Virus record (IMG/VR): IMGVR_UViG_3300020419_000005 | DNA from: a virus | Length of the DNA: 64,000 nt | Direction: 5' to 3' (one strand) | In this document: positions 36,048-47,700 of the stretch, in pieces | How positions within the stretch are numbered: the first letter of the stretch is position 1 | Layout: every line of letters begins with the position of its first letter | Translations under genes and position numbers: made by a program | The notes under the pieces: model-generated | Told to the model about the DNA's origin: nothing | The model's input: only the letters and a program-made list of their open reading frames with translations | The model's database searches: none

Positions 36048-37802
36048 CTATGACTTACGACAGTTCCATTTTTTAAGTGCTAATGCTTTACGAGTTGGTC
36101 TACCTTTCTCATCTTTCATAGGTCCTTCCATTCCACCCATTCTGGCACAAAAACTATTTTGTCTTTTATCTGCCTTACTACCTTTCTTTGGACTACCTGT
36201 CACAGGTGCTTTGAGATCTGAACCAGGATTCTCACGTTCGTAAGACTTTCTTCCTTTCTCATTTAACCCACCACTAGAATTTTTTCCTTCTTTACGTTGC
36301 CAAGCAGATTCCTTGAAACTCTTTAAACCACTTTTAAGATTGCTTGCCTTACCTGTCTTTGTGTGACCATACTTAGCAAGATCCTTATGTAGTTCTCTAT
36401 GCTGTGCTTTACTATCACCAGATCTTTTGTTTGACTGATCCATTCTTTTATTTTTACCAACAGGTTTATAACCACCTGTAGTATATCTTTTTTGATAAAA
36501 TTCTTCTTTATATGATTGCACTCTAGTCTTACCAAGAATGTATTTTGGATCATTCTTCATTGCTTTCTGTGCATCTGCCTCATCATTTTTATTCACATTT
36601 ATAATTGTCTTCCCACCTTTCTTACTTTTAGTGTGAGATATATTACCCATTTCTTCTTTTACTTCTTTTTTCTTTTTAGTTTTCTTAGTAAACGCTGCCA
36701 TAGCACCTGATGGTTTACCAGTTCCCTTGTAGAGACCATAAGAAGTTCCTTCACTTTTCATTTTTGCTTTTGCTGCTTTGATTCTATCAAGAAATGCTTG
36801 TCCACCTTTTTCTTTCTTGATCTCATCATCAGTCCTTGCTCTACCCATACTATTATTCTTAGCATATAATTTACTCTGCATAGAATTAACGCTAGTCATT
36901 CTACTTTCTTTGTACATACTAATCAATTCATTTCTTGCTTCTCTCTTACTTGGTTTACGATAGCGACCAACTTCTGTGACCTTACCATCTTTACCGTAAT
37001 GAGTTCCTCTCTTTCTATTGACGTGATCTGTCATTGCAGTATCTACCTCTTTAGTGCTTCTAGCATACTGAGTAGACTTATCTTTTAAATTAACTTTCTC
37101 TAATTGTACTTCTTCCTTGTGTGTCTTACCAGGCATCACAGTTCCATCAGGCATCTTGTGTGCGTTCTTGTCTTTTCCGTATGTGATACAAGGATCTTGA
37201 CCACATCCACAATTCTTTTTACCCTCCCCTAATTGTACCTCTTCATTTTTCTTCTTACTTACATCCATTATCGCACCTTTACCATACTTATCAGTTATGC
37301 TTTTTTTAACCATCTCAACTGCTTTAGCACTATTCTTTTGCTGTCTTAACATACGTGCTTTTCTTTGAGCATCAGTCTCATTGTTTCTTGTATGGTTAGC
37401 AGTAGTTGCATCAGATTTTTTAGGTGAACTTGGATCACCACCTGCCATTACAATATTATCTTTATACCTATCATATCCTTCTTCACTCATAGATCTTATT
37501 GCCATCTTCACTTTCTTACCTGCTGAATATGGATTCTCTTTCTGCTGTCTTCTCTTAGTGTCTGCTTTTATAGACGACATCTTCAAAGCATTAGAAAGTT
37601 TAGCACGCTTACTATTGTACTTTGGTTTATTTTTAAACGTTGAATCAATCGCACGAGCAAGTTTTAATCGTGCTCCTACTCTAGGATCACCATATTCTTT
37701 TATGATCTCTTCTTTAGTAATTTTAGATTTCTTTTTCTTGTCGTCACTATGATCGCAACCACAAGATTCAGCATAGTTTTGGAATGATTGAAGATTAGTC
37801 AT
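36048..37802 (-). CDS. very basic modular protein, putative internal head (poly)protein
   Basis: Lys/Arg-rich modules separated by xEE/LxE motifs; C-terminal AWQRKEGK..GGLN..SFCARM..W.C domain. Confidence 0.75.
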   Translation of the reverse strand: MTNLQSFQNYAESCGCDHSDDKKKKSKITKEEIIKEYGDPRVGARLKLARAIDSTFKNKPKYNSKRAKLSNALKMSSIKADTKRRQQKENPYSAGKKVKMAIRSMSEEGYDRYKDNIVMAGGDPSSPKKSDATTANHTRNNETDAQRKARMLRQQKNSAKAVEMVKKSITDKYGKGAIMDVSKKKNEEVQLGEGKKNCGCGQDPCITYGKDKNAHKMPDGTVMPGKTHKEEVQLEKVNLKDKSTQYARSTKEVDTAMTDHVNRKRGTHYGKDGKVTEVGRYRKPSKREARNELISMYKESRMTSVNSMQSKLYAKNNSMGRARTDDEIKKEKGGQAFLDRIKAAKAKMKSEGTSYGLYKGTGKPSGAMAAFTKKTKKKKEVKEEMGNISHTKSKKGGKTIINVNKNDEADAQKAMKNDPKYILGKTRVQSYKEEFYQKRYTTGGYKPVGKNKRMDQSNKRSGDSKAQHRELHKDLAKYGHTKTGKASNLKSGLKSFKESAWQRKEGKNSSGGLNEKGRKSYERENPGSDLKAPVTGSPKKGSKADKRQNSFCARMGGMEGPMKDEKGRPTRKALALKKWNCRKS

Positions 37803-37926
37803 TGTTATTATCAGGATTTCTTGGACAATTTTTTTCGTGTTTTTCCATCCACGTTTTTGGTCTCCAGTGTCCTTGAGGTGATGTCAAACCACAATGAGCA
37901 CATACCCACTGACCATTAGTATTCAT
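37795..37926 (-). CDS. small C2HC zinc-finger protein (43 aa)
   Basis: Manual translation MNTNGQWVCAHCGLTSPQGHWRPKTWMEKHEKNCPRNP. Confidence 0.6.
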   Translation of the reverse strand: MNTNGQWVCAHCGLTSPQGHWRPKTWMEKHEKNCPRNPDNNND

Positions 37927-37935
37927 TTCCACGGA

Positions 37936-38487
37936 TTAACCTCCGACAATTTGTACTTGTTCTACAACTACATCAGCAGAACCTGCTGTTAGTTTAACAG
38001 TTCTTTGCAACATAGGTACTGTGTTAGCAATTACATCAGCATCACTGATTGTGTATGCAGAACCTGCACCTGACGCATCAATATCTGTAGTGATTGTTAT
38101 GTCACCAACTGCTGTAACTTTCTTACCTGCTGATGCAGCAGATTCAAAGTCTGTTCCAAAACCATTTGTGTCACCACCATCTATAGTCTGAACAAAATCT
38201 CCTACAGCAAAACTGTGACGACCACCTGCTCCTGTACCGTGTCCACCACCTGCAACAGTAAATACTGCACCATTGGCATTAGTTCCACCAGTAATACTGA
38301 TATTTTTTGATTTACCTACTGAAAGCAAAACTGCTTCCCCTGCTGCAAGTGTAATAGCAGGACCGCTATCAAACTTTATGGTTGATGCAGATGCAGCATA
38401 TGCACGTACAACTCCACTTTTAACGACGATGTAAGCAGTACCTGAACCACTCACTGTCGTAGTATCTAAGACATTTAATACAGACAT
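37936..38487 (-). CDS. Gly/Ala/Thr-rich beta protein, probably virion-associated
   Basis: Composition; GATAAATA late-like element at 38523-38516. Confidence 0.7.
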   Translation of the reverse strand: MSVLNVLDTTTVSGSGTAYIVVKSGVVRAYAASASTIKFDSGPAITLAAGEAVLLSVGKSKNISITGGTNANGAVFTVAGGGHGTGAGGRHSFAVGDFVQTIDGGDTNGFGTDFESAASAGKKVTAVGDITITTDIDASGAGSAYTISDADVIANTVPMLQRTVKLTAGSADVVVEQVQIVGG

Positions 38488-38514
38488 CGACTTTTTGACA
38501 CAAGATTGTTTTTA

Positions 38515-38976
38515 CTATTTATCCTCTTTCTGTTTCTGTTTGAGGAATTTTGCAAGATCAGCAGTGCTACCAACAAACATTGTGTTGTTAGTAACGTTAC
38601 CTGATACATTACCTTTTGGACCTTCATCGAGTTCTTGCATCTTTTTCTGAAGGTCTATTAGTTTGTCCGTGGCATCTGCCACGTTCTTAATTAGATTACC
38701 TGCTACCTCATAGGCACGTGGTGAATCTGTTTGTTGTGATAGTTCTAGGATTCCGTCTACCGCTTCCTGTCCTTTATCAATTAACGAATACAAATTACCA
38801 CGAGTATATTCGTAGTCTTTTTTAACTGCTTCGTTTTGCTTTGCAGGTGTATCTTCTACTTTTGTTAGTGGAGGTTTCTCATCTTTAACGATGGATGTCT
38901 CTACATCAAGAGCGTCCTCGATACCGTCGAATTTACTCGTCGTTTCCTGTGGTTGCATTTCTTGATTTTCCATCAT
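38515..38976 (-). CDS. 16: terminase small subunit gp16
   Basis: DYEYTRGNLY, PRAYEVA, FVGSTADL; start uncertain (38958 or 38976). Confidence 0.9.
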   Translation of the reverse strand: MMENQEMQPQETTSKFDGIEDALDVETSIVKDEKPPLTKVEDTPAKQNEAVKKDYEYTRGNLYSLIDKGQEAVDGILELSQQTDSPRAYEVAGNLIKNVADATDKLIDLQKKMQELDEGPKGNVSGNVTNNTMFVGSTADLAKFLKQKQKEDK

Positions 38977-39730
38977 TGAATTCACTGTATATTTCGTTGA
39001 AACCAAAATCATCATCTGGGTCAGAGGTGAGTGGGTCTGGTTGGACCGTGTATCTCATTTCACGAGGTGCACTAGATTTACTGTCAGTAGCAGTATCGAC
39101 GATTGCCTTACGTATAAGGTCTTTCTCACCGTCAAGAACGGGACCGTAGATGTATGTTTTGCAAGTAAAACTTAGTGTATATATTAAAGTTCTTCGTGTT
39201 GTATAATCTCCTTCATAATCATCATCGTAAGATATTGTATTTAAAACTGTGGGAAAATCTTTTTTCTCCTGTAACTGATCGTTCAGTTGTACAGTGATAT
39301 TGAATGTGGGTTGGAAGTATGGAAGTATTTGTTCTAAGATTTGTAAACCGTCATCTTGATTCTTTGATAGTATTGCTAACTCAAAGTCAACGTTGTACGG
39401 TACTGGCATAAACGCTTTTTGTAGGTCAGTTCCAACAGCAGTCCTAACTCTCTGTGTTGGGGAGACCTTTCTGGTTGCGTCGTAATTGAAGCCAGAAATC
39501 TCAAACGAAATCCTAGGAAGCGTAATTTGAGTCGCATCTTTCCTAGTTAAATCTCCTACTTGTTGGAGTCTTGCTAAAAACTTTTGTTTAGGTCCGTATG
39601 CCAATGGCACTTTCATATATTCATATTCCGTAGCACTTTTCTTTCTACGGATTTCTATGTTATTAAACAAAGTACCGAATGCCACAACTGACTTTCGGAA
39701 TATTTCGTTGTATGTGTATGTACCTAACAT
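38933..39730 (-). CDS. 15: tail sheath stabiliser/completion gp15
   Basis: FGTLFNNI, VPLAYGPKQKF, LQILEQILPYF. Confidence 0.95.
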   Translation of the reverse strand: MLGTYTYNEIFRKSVVAFGTLFNNIEIRRKKSATEYEYMKVPLAYGPKQKFLARLQQVGDLTRKDATQITLPRISFEISGFNYDATRKVSPTQRVRTAVGTDLQKAFMPVPYNVDFELAILSKNQDDGLQILEQILPYFQPTFNITVQLNDQLQEKKDFPTVLNTISYDDDYEGDYTTRRTLIYTLSFTCKTYIYGPVLDGEKDLIRKAIVDTATDSKSSAPREMRYTVQPDPLTSDPDDDFGFNEIYSEFNDGKSRNATTGNDE

Positions 39731-40596
39731 TAATTTGCACCTCCAAAGTCACCAAAGGGATTACCCTCTGAAAAATCTATGATACCATCTGCGATGGTCT
39801 CAAACGAACTATTAGAATCATATTCGCTTGATGTATTATTTAGGGTATTATATGATGCAGTCGTCCAAGCAGCACTTGATGACTGTCCTGTTACAGTTTC
39901 TGGTATGGTGAATATACCAGTTCTATTAAAGACTTGTAACTGTCTGTTAGCAGAATCCCAAGACTTAACCTCTGCTGTAATATTAGAGGTTCCACCTGCT
40001 ACTATCTCACCGACTGTAAAGTCTCCAGTTCCACCTGTAGCAAAATTGACAGTGATAGATACAGAAAAGTCTTGTTCGATTTGATCGATTGCAGTAACTC
40101 CTGTATCGAACTGCTCGTCGCTGAACTCGAATAGTTCACACTTAAGACCCCATACGTGGATCTTTCCTAACTGGTAGAAAGGTTGTTCGTGCTCAACAAA
40201 CATAATCTTGAATATTTTATTTGCCATAGGGAAGTAAACCAAGTCTCCTTCGTTAGGTCTTCCTTCTACAATCAGTTGTGCATTGTCATCAACTGCTTCT
40301 GTAAATCTTTTTCTTGATATTATAAACGTAACTTGATCAGAAATCCTTACACCAAACTTAGTAAAGAGATCACCATCACCAGTAAATCCAGTTGGATCTT
40401 CAATATATGCTTCTATCTCATAGGCATCATCAAATTTAGACAAAGCATCTTCAGTAAATGTTGTATCTTCATTTACTAAAGTTCTAGGCATATAGAAGAC
40501 ATTCTTTCCAAACATCTTTATCTGTTCTATAACAAGATTCTCTATAAGATCTTGTTCCCCAGTTGTGCCTTGTGTAAAGTATGAATTAGTTGCCAT
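39730..40596 (-). CDS. 14: neck protein gp14
   Basis: EQDLIENL, RPNEGDLVYFP, FVEHEQPFYQLG, DFSEGNPFG. Confidence 0.95.
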   Translation of the reverse strand: MATNSYFTQGTTGEQDLIENLVIEQIKMFGKNVFYMPRTLVNEDTTFTEDALSKFDDAYEIEAYIEDPTGFTGDGDLFTKFGVRISDQVTFIISRKRFTEAVDDNAQLIVEGRPNEGDLVYFPMANKIFKIMFVEHEQPFYQLGKIHVWGLKCELFEFSDEQFDTGVTAIDQIEQDFSVSITVNFATGGTGDFTVGEIVAGGTSNITAEVKSWDSANRQLQVFNRTGIFTIPETVTGQSSSAAWTTASYNTLNNTSSEYDSNSSFETIADGIIDFSEGNPFGDFGGAN

Positions 40597-41390
40597 TATC
40601 CAATCATATCCATTGGTGGAGTTTCGTATGTATTACGAAGTTGTTCATCTAACTGTTGAAGTTCTTCTACAGCATCACTGTAGATCTTCTCACCATTTAG
40701 AGTAACACCACCAGGAAGTTGAACGTTTTGGAACTTAGTTAAATTTGTTCCCCAATATTTCTTAATCATTGCTGTAGTATAATCTTTAACCCACATCTCA
40801 TTATAGATCTTTGTAAAGTTAACTGGATCTAATGCACGAACACAATCCATAACAATATACTCACCTTCACGAATATCAGTCTGGGTATCAAAGTCAATAT
40901 ATAAACGACCTGTTGTATGTGCAAATCTTGTAGGTTTCATTCCTTCTAATAAGAAATTAATAGTCTCAAGATGAGTCTGAATCATATAGTAATGATAGAA
41001 CTGTGTTGATGTAAAATCAAACAAGTCATTCAATCTTAACTGATAACGAATGTCAAACATATTAGCAGTACCTTTATCTTGGAAAGTAAAGATTCCATTC
41101 ACTGCTGTTATATAATCTGGTAATTGTAAGTAGTTATTTTGATATTTAAAATCAACACCATTTACTGTTTCGGTACTATCTGCTTGAAACGCAGCGACTT
41201 CAGCAGCACTCATCTGATGTTTTAGATAAACTTTTTCTGCACCACCGTAATGATAGATTTGAAACTTCTCGATTACGTAATCGATAGCATCATCTATTTG
41301 ATCATCAGAAACGTTGACTTCTAGTACAGGTTTACCTAATCTGCGAAGTGCGTATTCTTTGAGTGTTGCTTTACTATTTGGAGTTGCCAT
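40596..41390 (-). CDS. 13: neck protein gp13
   Basis: LRRLGKPV.EVNV, WGTNLTKF..VQLPGGVTLNG. Confidence 0.96.
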   Translation of the reverse strand: MATPNSKATLKEYALRRLGKPVLEVNVSDDQIDDAIDYVIEKFQIYHYGGAEKVYLKHQMSAAEVAAFQADSTETVNGVDFKYQNNYLQLPDYITAVNGIFTFQDKGTANMFDIRYQLRLNDLFDFTSTQFYHYYMIQTHLETINFLLEGMKPTRFAHTTGRLYIDFDTQTDIREGEYIVMDCVRALDPVNFTKIYNEMWVKDYTTAMIKKYWGTNLTKFQNVQLPGGVTLNGEKIYSDAVEELQQLDEQLRNTYETPPMDMIG

Positions 41391-41391
41391 A

Positions 41392-41715
41392 TTAGTGCTT
41401 TTGTAATTTAACCATTACAGTCTCCTTTTGCATAGGAGCGACATCATTTAATCCATTAGCATCAAACCAAGGAGCATTCTCCCAGTCGAATCCTTCACCG
41501 AATGTATTGTCGGGTGCCATAACATACCAATGACATTTAGCATCTGGAATATCTACAGCACACACTGCCCAGTCATCTGCCCATTGAGGAACTTGTACAT
41601 ACATCACTGGCAAGTGATTAGCAAGTACGGGTACCACATTTATAGTAAGTGATGCTATGCAACACAGTACAAATAATAAAGGGACAAATTTAAGTGGGAA
41701 TGGTTTTTTGTTCAT
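41392..41715 (-). CDS. secreted Trp/Asp-rich hypothetical protein
   Basis: Signal peptide ending VLA|N; WADDWAVCAVD..CHWY. Confidence 0.75.
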   Translation of the reverse strand: MNKKPFPLKFVPLLFVLCCIASLTINVVPVLANHLPVMYVQVPQWADDWAVCAVDIPDAKCHWYVMAPDNTFGEGFDWENAPWFDANGLNDVAPMQKETVMVKLQKH

Positions 41716-41717
41716 AA

Positions 41718-44700
41718 TTATAAAGCAGCGATTGCAGACTGGAACGCAGCATAAGTAGCGGAGTTCGCAGCAGCAGTTTTGAGTTGTGCTAGTGTAATTG
41801 TCTCTGCTTGTAATGCAGAGTCTGCCTTGACACCTTGGGCAGCAGTAGCGTATGCAGTTGATGCAGTCGCAGCAGCAGTGCCTAGTGTAGGTTTGCCACT
41901 TAAATCATTATATGCACCAGAGAATAATGAAGGTTTGCCAGTTAGATCATTGTATGCTCCACTGGTTGCTACAGTTGACAAGTCACCTGGTTGTGTAGCA
42001 GAAGCAGCAAGTGTACCCTGTGCAGCAGTTGCATAAGCACTTGAAGCAGTGGTAGCAGCAGATCCAAGTCCAAGAGTTGTTCTTGCAGCAGATGCTGATG
42101 CGTCATCAACCAGTGTTAGACCAAATGTGCTGATTGCAGAAGCATCAAGTTTTCCAGTGATACCTGCAACAACACGAGCATCTGCTCTAGCATTTGTATA
42201 GTATAGATTTGTTGATCCCTCTGCTACATCATCAGTATCGTGGTTAGATAGTGATGCAATAGTTGAAGGAATAGTATATGATATTACACCAGTAGAAGAA
42301 TTATATCCTAGATCTCCACTGACTGATATGTGTCCACGAGTTCTTGCAGCAGTGGTGAATAGGTTGGTTGATCCTTCTGTGATATTATCTGTATCAATGT
42401 CTGACTGAGTAACAGACAAAGTACCAGAAGAGTGTGTAATACCTGTTCCATATGTAAAGTGTGTTCTGGTTCTAGCAGCAGTGGTGAATAAATTTGTTGA
42501 TCCTTCAGTAACGTTGTCAGTATCGATGTCTGCCTGTGTTACAGATAGAGTACCACCAGAGTGAGTGATACCTGTGCCATATGTGAAGTGAGTTCTTGTA
42601 CGAGCAGCAGTAGTAAAGAGATTAGTTGATCCCTCAGTAATATTATCAGTATTAATATCTGCCTGAGTTGCACTCAAGGTTAAGATATTTCCTGCATCAT
42701 CGTAAGTAGCAGTAATACCTGTACCACCTGTGATTAGAGCGTTAACTCTGTCATCAACTCTTTCATCTGTGAAGTATAGATTTGTAGATCCTTCTGTAAG
42801 AGCATCTGTATTATGGTTACTAATGTCACCAACCTGTGACTCTTGGAACGTAATAGTTCCAGTAACGTTCATATTACCTTGAACTTCAAAGTTTGTAGAA
42901 CAAACAAAGTTACTTACAGATAAAGTATTTGAACTAGGAACATATTTAAAGTTATCTGAGTCAGTTCTTATTTCAGTGTTTCCAGTTGTAGCAGAAACAA
43001 ATGTTGGGAAGAATGTAAGGTTAGAACCTGTTGTGTTTGTGACATCAACTAGAGATGCAGTATCTGCATTACCTGTCAACGCACCAGTTACGTTACCAGT
43101 GATCTGACCTGTGACTCCAAGTGTGCCTTGTAAAGTTGTATCATCTTGAACAGTAAGTGTTCCAGTAATATTGGTGTTACCTGTAGGTCCGTCAACAGTA
43201 AATTTAACTCCTGCTGATCCACCAACTGATAAGTCATCACCAACATATGCTTTTTTCTTAACTGATAAACCACCATCTGTATGTACAGAAGCAGCACTAT
43301 CGTTATATGCAGAAGAATCTGTTACGTTATTTGCTTGTACAAGACCTGCAAATGTAGCAGCACCTGCTGTGACATCTATACCAGAATTAAAGTCTGCGTT
43401 ACCATCTACATTCAGAGTTGAATCAAAGTCAACTGCCTGTACAACATCAAGTGTACCTGCAATATCAGTATTACCACTTGCAGATGCAACGTTAAATTTA
43501 TTAGTGTTGATGTTAAATCCACCACCAACGTTTAAGGTTGATTGTAAGTTTGCTGTAGAAGTAGCAATGATTGAAGATAGGGTTGTTGTTCCACCTGTTA
43601 TATCGAGTGTTCCACCAACAACTGTGTTACCTGATGGTCCATCTACAGTAAAACTACCTCCACCAATGTCAAAGTCATCTCCAATATATGCCTTCTTAGT
43701 AACTGCTAAACCACCTGCTGTAAATATTGCAGCACCGTTATTGTTTGCAGCAGTTGCCTGTGCAGTAGAATTTGCTCTTAGTTTCTCTGTTAATGATACA
43801 ATACCACCAACTCCAAGAGTTCCATCTATTGTACTGTTTGTATATACTTTTAAGTCTCCACCAATACCAGTATTACCTGCAACAGATAAACCACCTGCTG
43901 ATACTCTTAACGCACCATTAGATGCCCAAGATCCACCAAGAGTTGCATTGGTAGAATTTGTAAGAGTTGTTATTCCAGTTACACCTAAAGTATTAGTAAT
44001 ATTTGTAACACCAGATACATCTAGGGTGTTATTTAAAGTCGTCCCTAACGTTACTCCTAGCGTCCCTGAGAGCGTTGTATTGTTTGTGACACCCAAAGTA
44101 CCACCAACAGTTAGATTAGAACCTGATCCAACAATATTAACAGTGGAATTTAATGTAGATATTCCATCTGCTCTAAAGGTTCCTGCTACTAATGTATTAC
44201 CTGTTGATTGAGCAACCGTAAATTTATTTGTATTAACTCTAAAGTCATTTGTTACATCGAGTGTACCAGTAATATCAACATTTCCACCAAACGATCCGTC
44301 GTCACCTACTATAAGATCATCACCAACTTGTAGATCTAGTCCAATACCTGCACCACCACCAACAATAAGAGCACCTGTAGAAGAATTAGTTGCGTTTGTA
44401 GTATCAAATAATTTGATAGAACCTGCATCAATACCAGATCTAGTACCAGAAAATACTTCAGAACTATTAGTAGCATTGTGATAAACAGCAAATCTAAGTG
44501 CTGAATCATCCCATCCGAAGAATCCTAGTTTAGCATTTGAATCATAATATCTAAACTCTACACCACGATCTTTTGCGTCGTCAGATGCAGGAGCAGTATC
44601 TCCACCCAGTGTGATGATAGGATCGTCCACAGTAATAGTAGTACTGTTTACTGTAGTTGTACTACCGTGAACTGTTAAGTTACCATCAACTATGGCATTA

Positions 44701-47700
44701 CCACCAACATTAAGGTCTTGTCCAGAACTCAGGGTGACGGGTGCCGTGAATTGAGACGTAGCATTTACCGTTAATGCGTCACCAGATGCGTCACCGATGG
44801 TATTCTGTGCACCATTTAAAGTGACATCTCTATTTAAAGTAACATCTCCGTGGACGGTAAGTGTTCCTACTGTTGCTGAACCTTGTCCAGTTCTACCTAT
44901 TGTTGTATTACCAGACTCTCCAAGAACTGTAAATTCTGTTGTGTCTCCAGAGTTAAGTTTACCAATATAAAGGTCATCACCAATATAAAGGTCGGTAGCA
45001 ATACCTGCACCACCATAAACTCTTAAGTTTGAAGTATTATCTGTAGCATAAGATGGAGTATAAGCAGCAGTAAATCCTGTACGAAGTTTATAACGTACAC
45101 GTAGATAGTTCTGTGTACTGAATGTCTCAGTGGTTCCTAAGTCTTTTTGGTTAATAGAACCGTTAATGTATAAATCTGAGTTAAACAGAGTGTCACCTTC
45201 AATGTAACCACCACCATCAAAACGGAAAGACCCGTAATCTCCACCAGATATGACGAAATTGTCTTGAGCATCTGTTCCTATAGTTGGTACATCAACATCC
45301 TCGTGATGGAAGAAATTACCTAGATTTAGAGTACCCTCAATATCGGTATTACCATTCGTGGTGCTGATTTGAAATTTTTGTGCACTACCATTTGTAAGAG
45401 TAAATGTCTTACCAGTAGTGTCCATCAAGAAATCATTATGTAAAGTTACATCGTCATCAACATCAAGTGTTGCATTAAAAGTAACATCGCTGTCTACATT
45501 TAGAGTTGAATCAAAGTCTACTCCTTGTTTGGTGTTGAGTGTTCCTTCGATAACTGTATTACCGTTATCAGTGTCAACCGTAAACTTATCAACACTACTA
45601 GCAGTACGGATTTTGAATTCTTTTGCATCGGCAGTAACAATTAAATTGTCTGTGATTTCAGTTTCTAACTGTACATCTAATGTACCTTCAATAATAGTAT
45701 TACCATTATCTGAATCAACTGTAAACTTATCTACACCCGCAGCAGTTTGTATTGCAAATTCTTTGTTATCTGCTTTAATAATTACGTTATTATTAATTTC
45801 TGATTGACCTGCAATCGTAACAGTACCACCAACGTGTGCGTTCTCAGAAAGTCCAAGTCCACCAGTTACAACTAATGTACCAGTTGTAGTTGATGTAGAA
45901 CCTGTATTTGTTGTAAGTGCTAAGTTACCTGCAATTAGAGGAGCATCAGTACCAGAGAAAACTTCGGATGTATTAGTTGCATTATATAAGAATCTATATC
46001 CACCTGTACCTGACCAAATATTTGAGTTAGCATAATCTTCATCCCAACCAAAGAATCCAACACGTGCCTGAGTATCGTAGTATTTAATCTCAACACCACG
46101 ATCTTTATTATCATCAGTAGTGGGGGCAGTGTCTCCACCAAGAGTAATGATGGGGTCATCTACCGATATTGTTGTACTATTTACTGTGGTAGTAGTTCCG
46201 TCTACTTGTAGATTACCACGTACTTGTACTAAACCTGTTGCAGCATCATCGTCACCTGGATCTAATACCATAGTGGCATCACTGGTTCCGATAGTGTTCT
46301 GCTGTAAGTAGAAATCTTCTACTTGAACTTTTGAAGCAACATTAGTTGCTGTGATAACAATACCATCATCTGATGTTACGTTTATCACTGATGTTCCTGA
46401 TCCTGCATTATTTGAAATAATGTCAAGAGTTCTATTTACAGAAGAGTTTACATTATGATGTATTTTTAAAGAACCTGATGAACGTTCTATTGTTTGTAGA
46501 GGTGTGTTTCCAGGTCTGTCAAGTTTTATAAGTGCACCACTAATATGAGTATCAACATTAATGTCTACTCCACCTGCACCAGTATTATCTACATTGTTAG
46601 CAGTAAATAATAAATTTCCACTGGTATCATTTACAGTAACATAATTAAGATAATTAAATCCTCTATATCCTGTTGTCGCTGTTAATTCTTGATCTAACTC
46701 AAAAGTTTCTACAGTATTACCATCAGCAAATCCCACCCTATTGTTTTGCATTTGAGTGTTATCGACTGCAAGTGCTGCAATAGTAACGTGACCATTTGCA
46801 TCTACATCAAAATCTTCTTGAGCAAATGATGCTAAACCTTTCTGTTCTGTAGCAGCAGCAGCGAGGTATCTCCAATTACTTACATCTCCACTTGTATGAG
46901 TAGGTGCTCCTTGTCCTGCACCAATATCTGTTATTGCCTGATATACTTTGCTTGCATTCTCCAGAATATCGTATCTATTATATGTTGAACCTGCATTATA
47001 GGTTGCATACTTTGAACCTTCAGTTGCAGTGGCAATCGGTACAACGGTTGCTTGTGTAATTCTTCCATATCTGTCAACAGAAAATTTAGATGCGTTTACA
47101 GTTTCTGTTCCGTATGGTTCACCATTAGCACCATTAGCGTCTACAGATGTTAATGCTTCAACATTATATGAACCCACAACAACCGCAGTATCAGCAAGGT
47201 CGATAAATGGGTTAGATGCTACACCATCAGGTGTAGTAAATATAATTCTACCTGCACCACCAGTTAAGTTTCTAGTAGTGATTTGTCCTGTAGCAGTTCT
47301 AGCAAGCATACCAAATGTGGTTATGTTCGCTAATGCTGTTAAGTCACTATCTAATCCTTGTGCGTCAGTAATTCCATACTCAGCAAGTGTAGATGCTAAA
47401 CTAGCACCAACAACCCTACCTCTTGAATCAACTTGAACTCTAGAATATAGAGCAGTTGCATCAGGATCGTTAGCATTATAATGTGGAAGAGATGTAACTA
47501 ATTCTAAGTTTGTAGCAAGGTTTAGGTTAGAAGAACCATCAAAAGAACCTGATCCAGTTATAGAACCTGTTAATTGAATTTGTCTTGCAGATGCAAGTCT
47601 TGTAGAAGTAGAAGCATTTCCAATTAACGTAGCACTAATAGCACCCGCCTCAAAGTTACCGTCAGCATCTCTTTTAACGAGAGTGTTAGCAGCGTTTGAT

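Noticed and set aside
42330-42680. Possible CRISPR array or DGR template/variable repeat
   Set aside because: Repeats are in-frame coding units with synonymous rather than adenine-specific differences; no spacers, cas or reverse transcriptase in the window.
43171-44211. 346-aa + strand ORF
   Set aside because: Antisense shadow of the Gly/Thr/Asn-rich fibre gene; Pro/Val/Ser composition is what the reverse-complement codons give.
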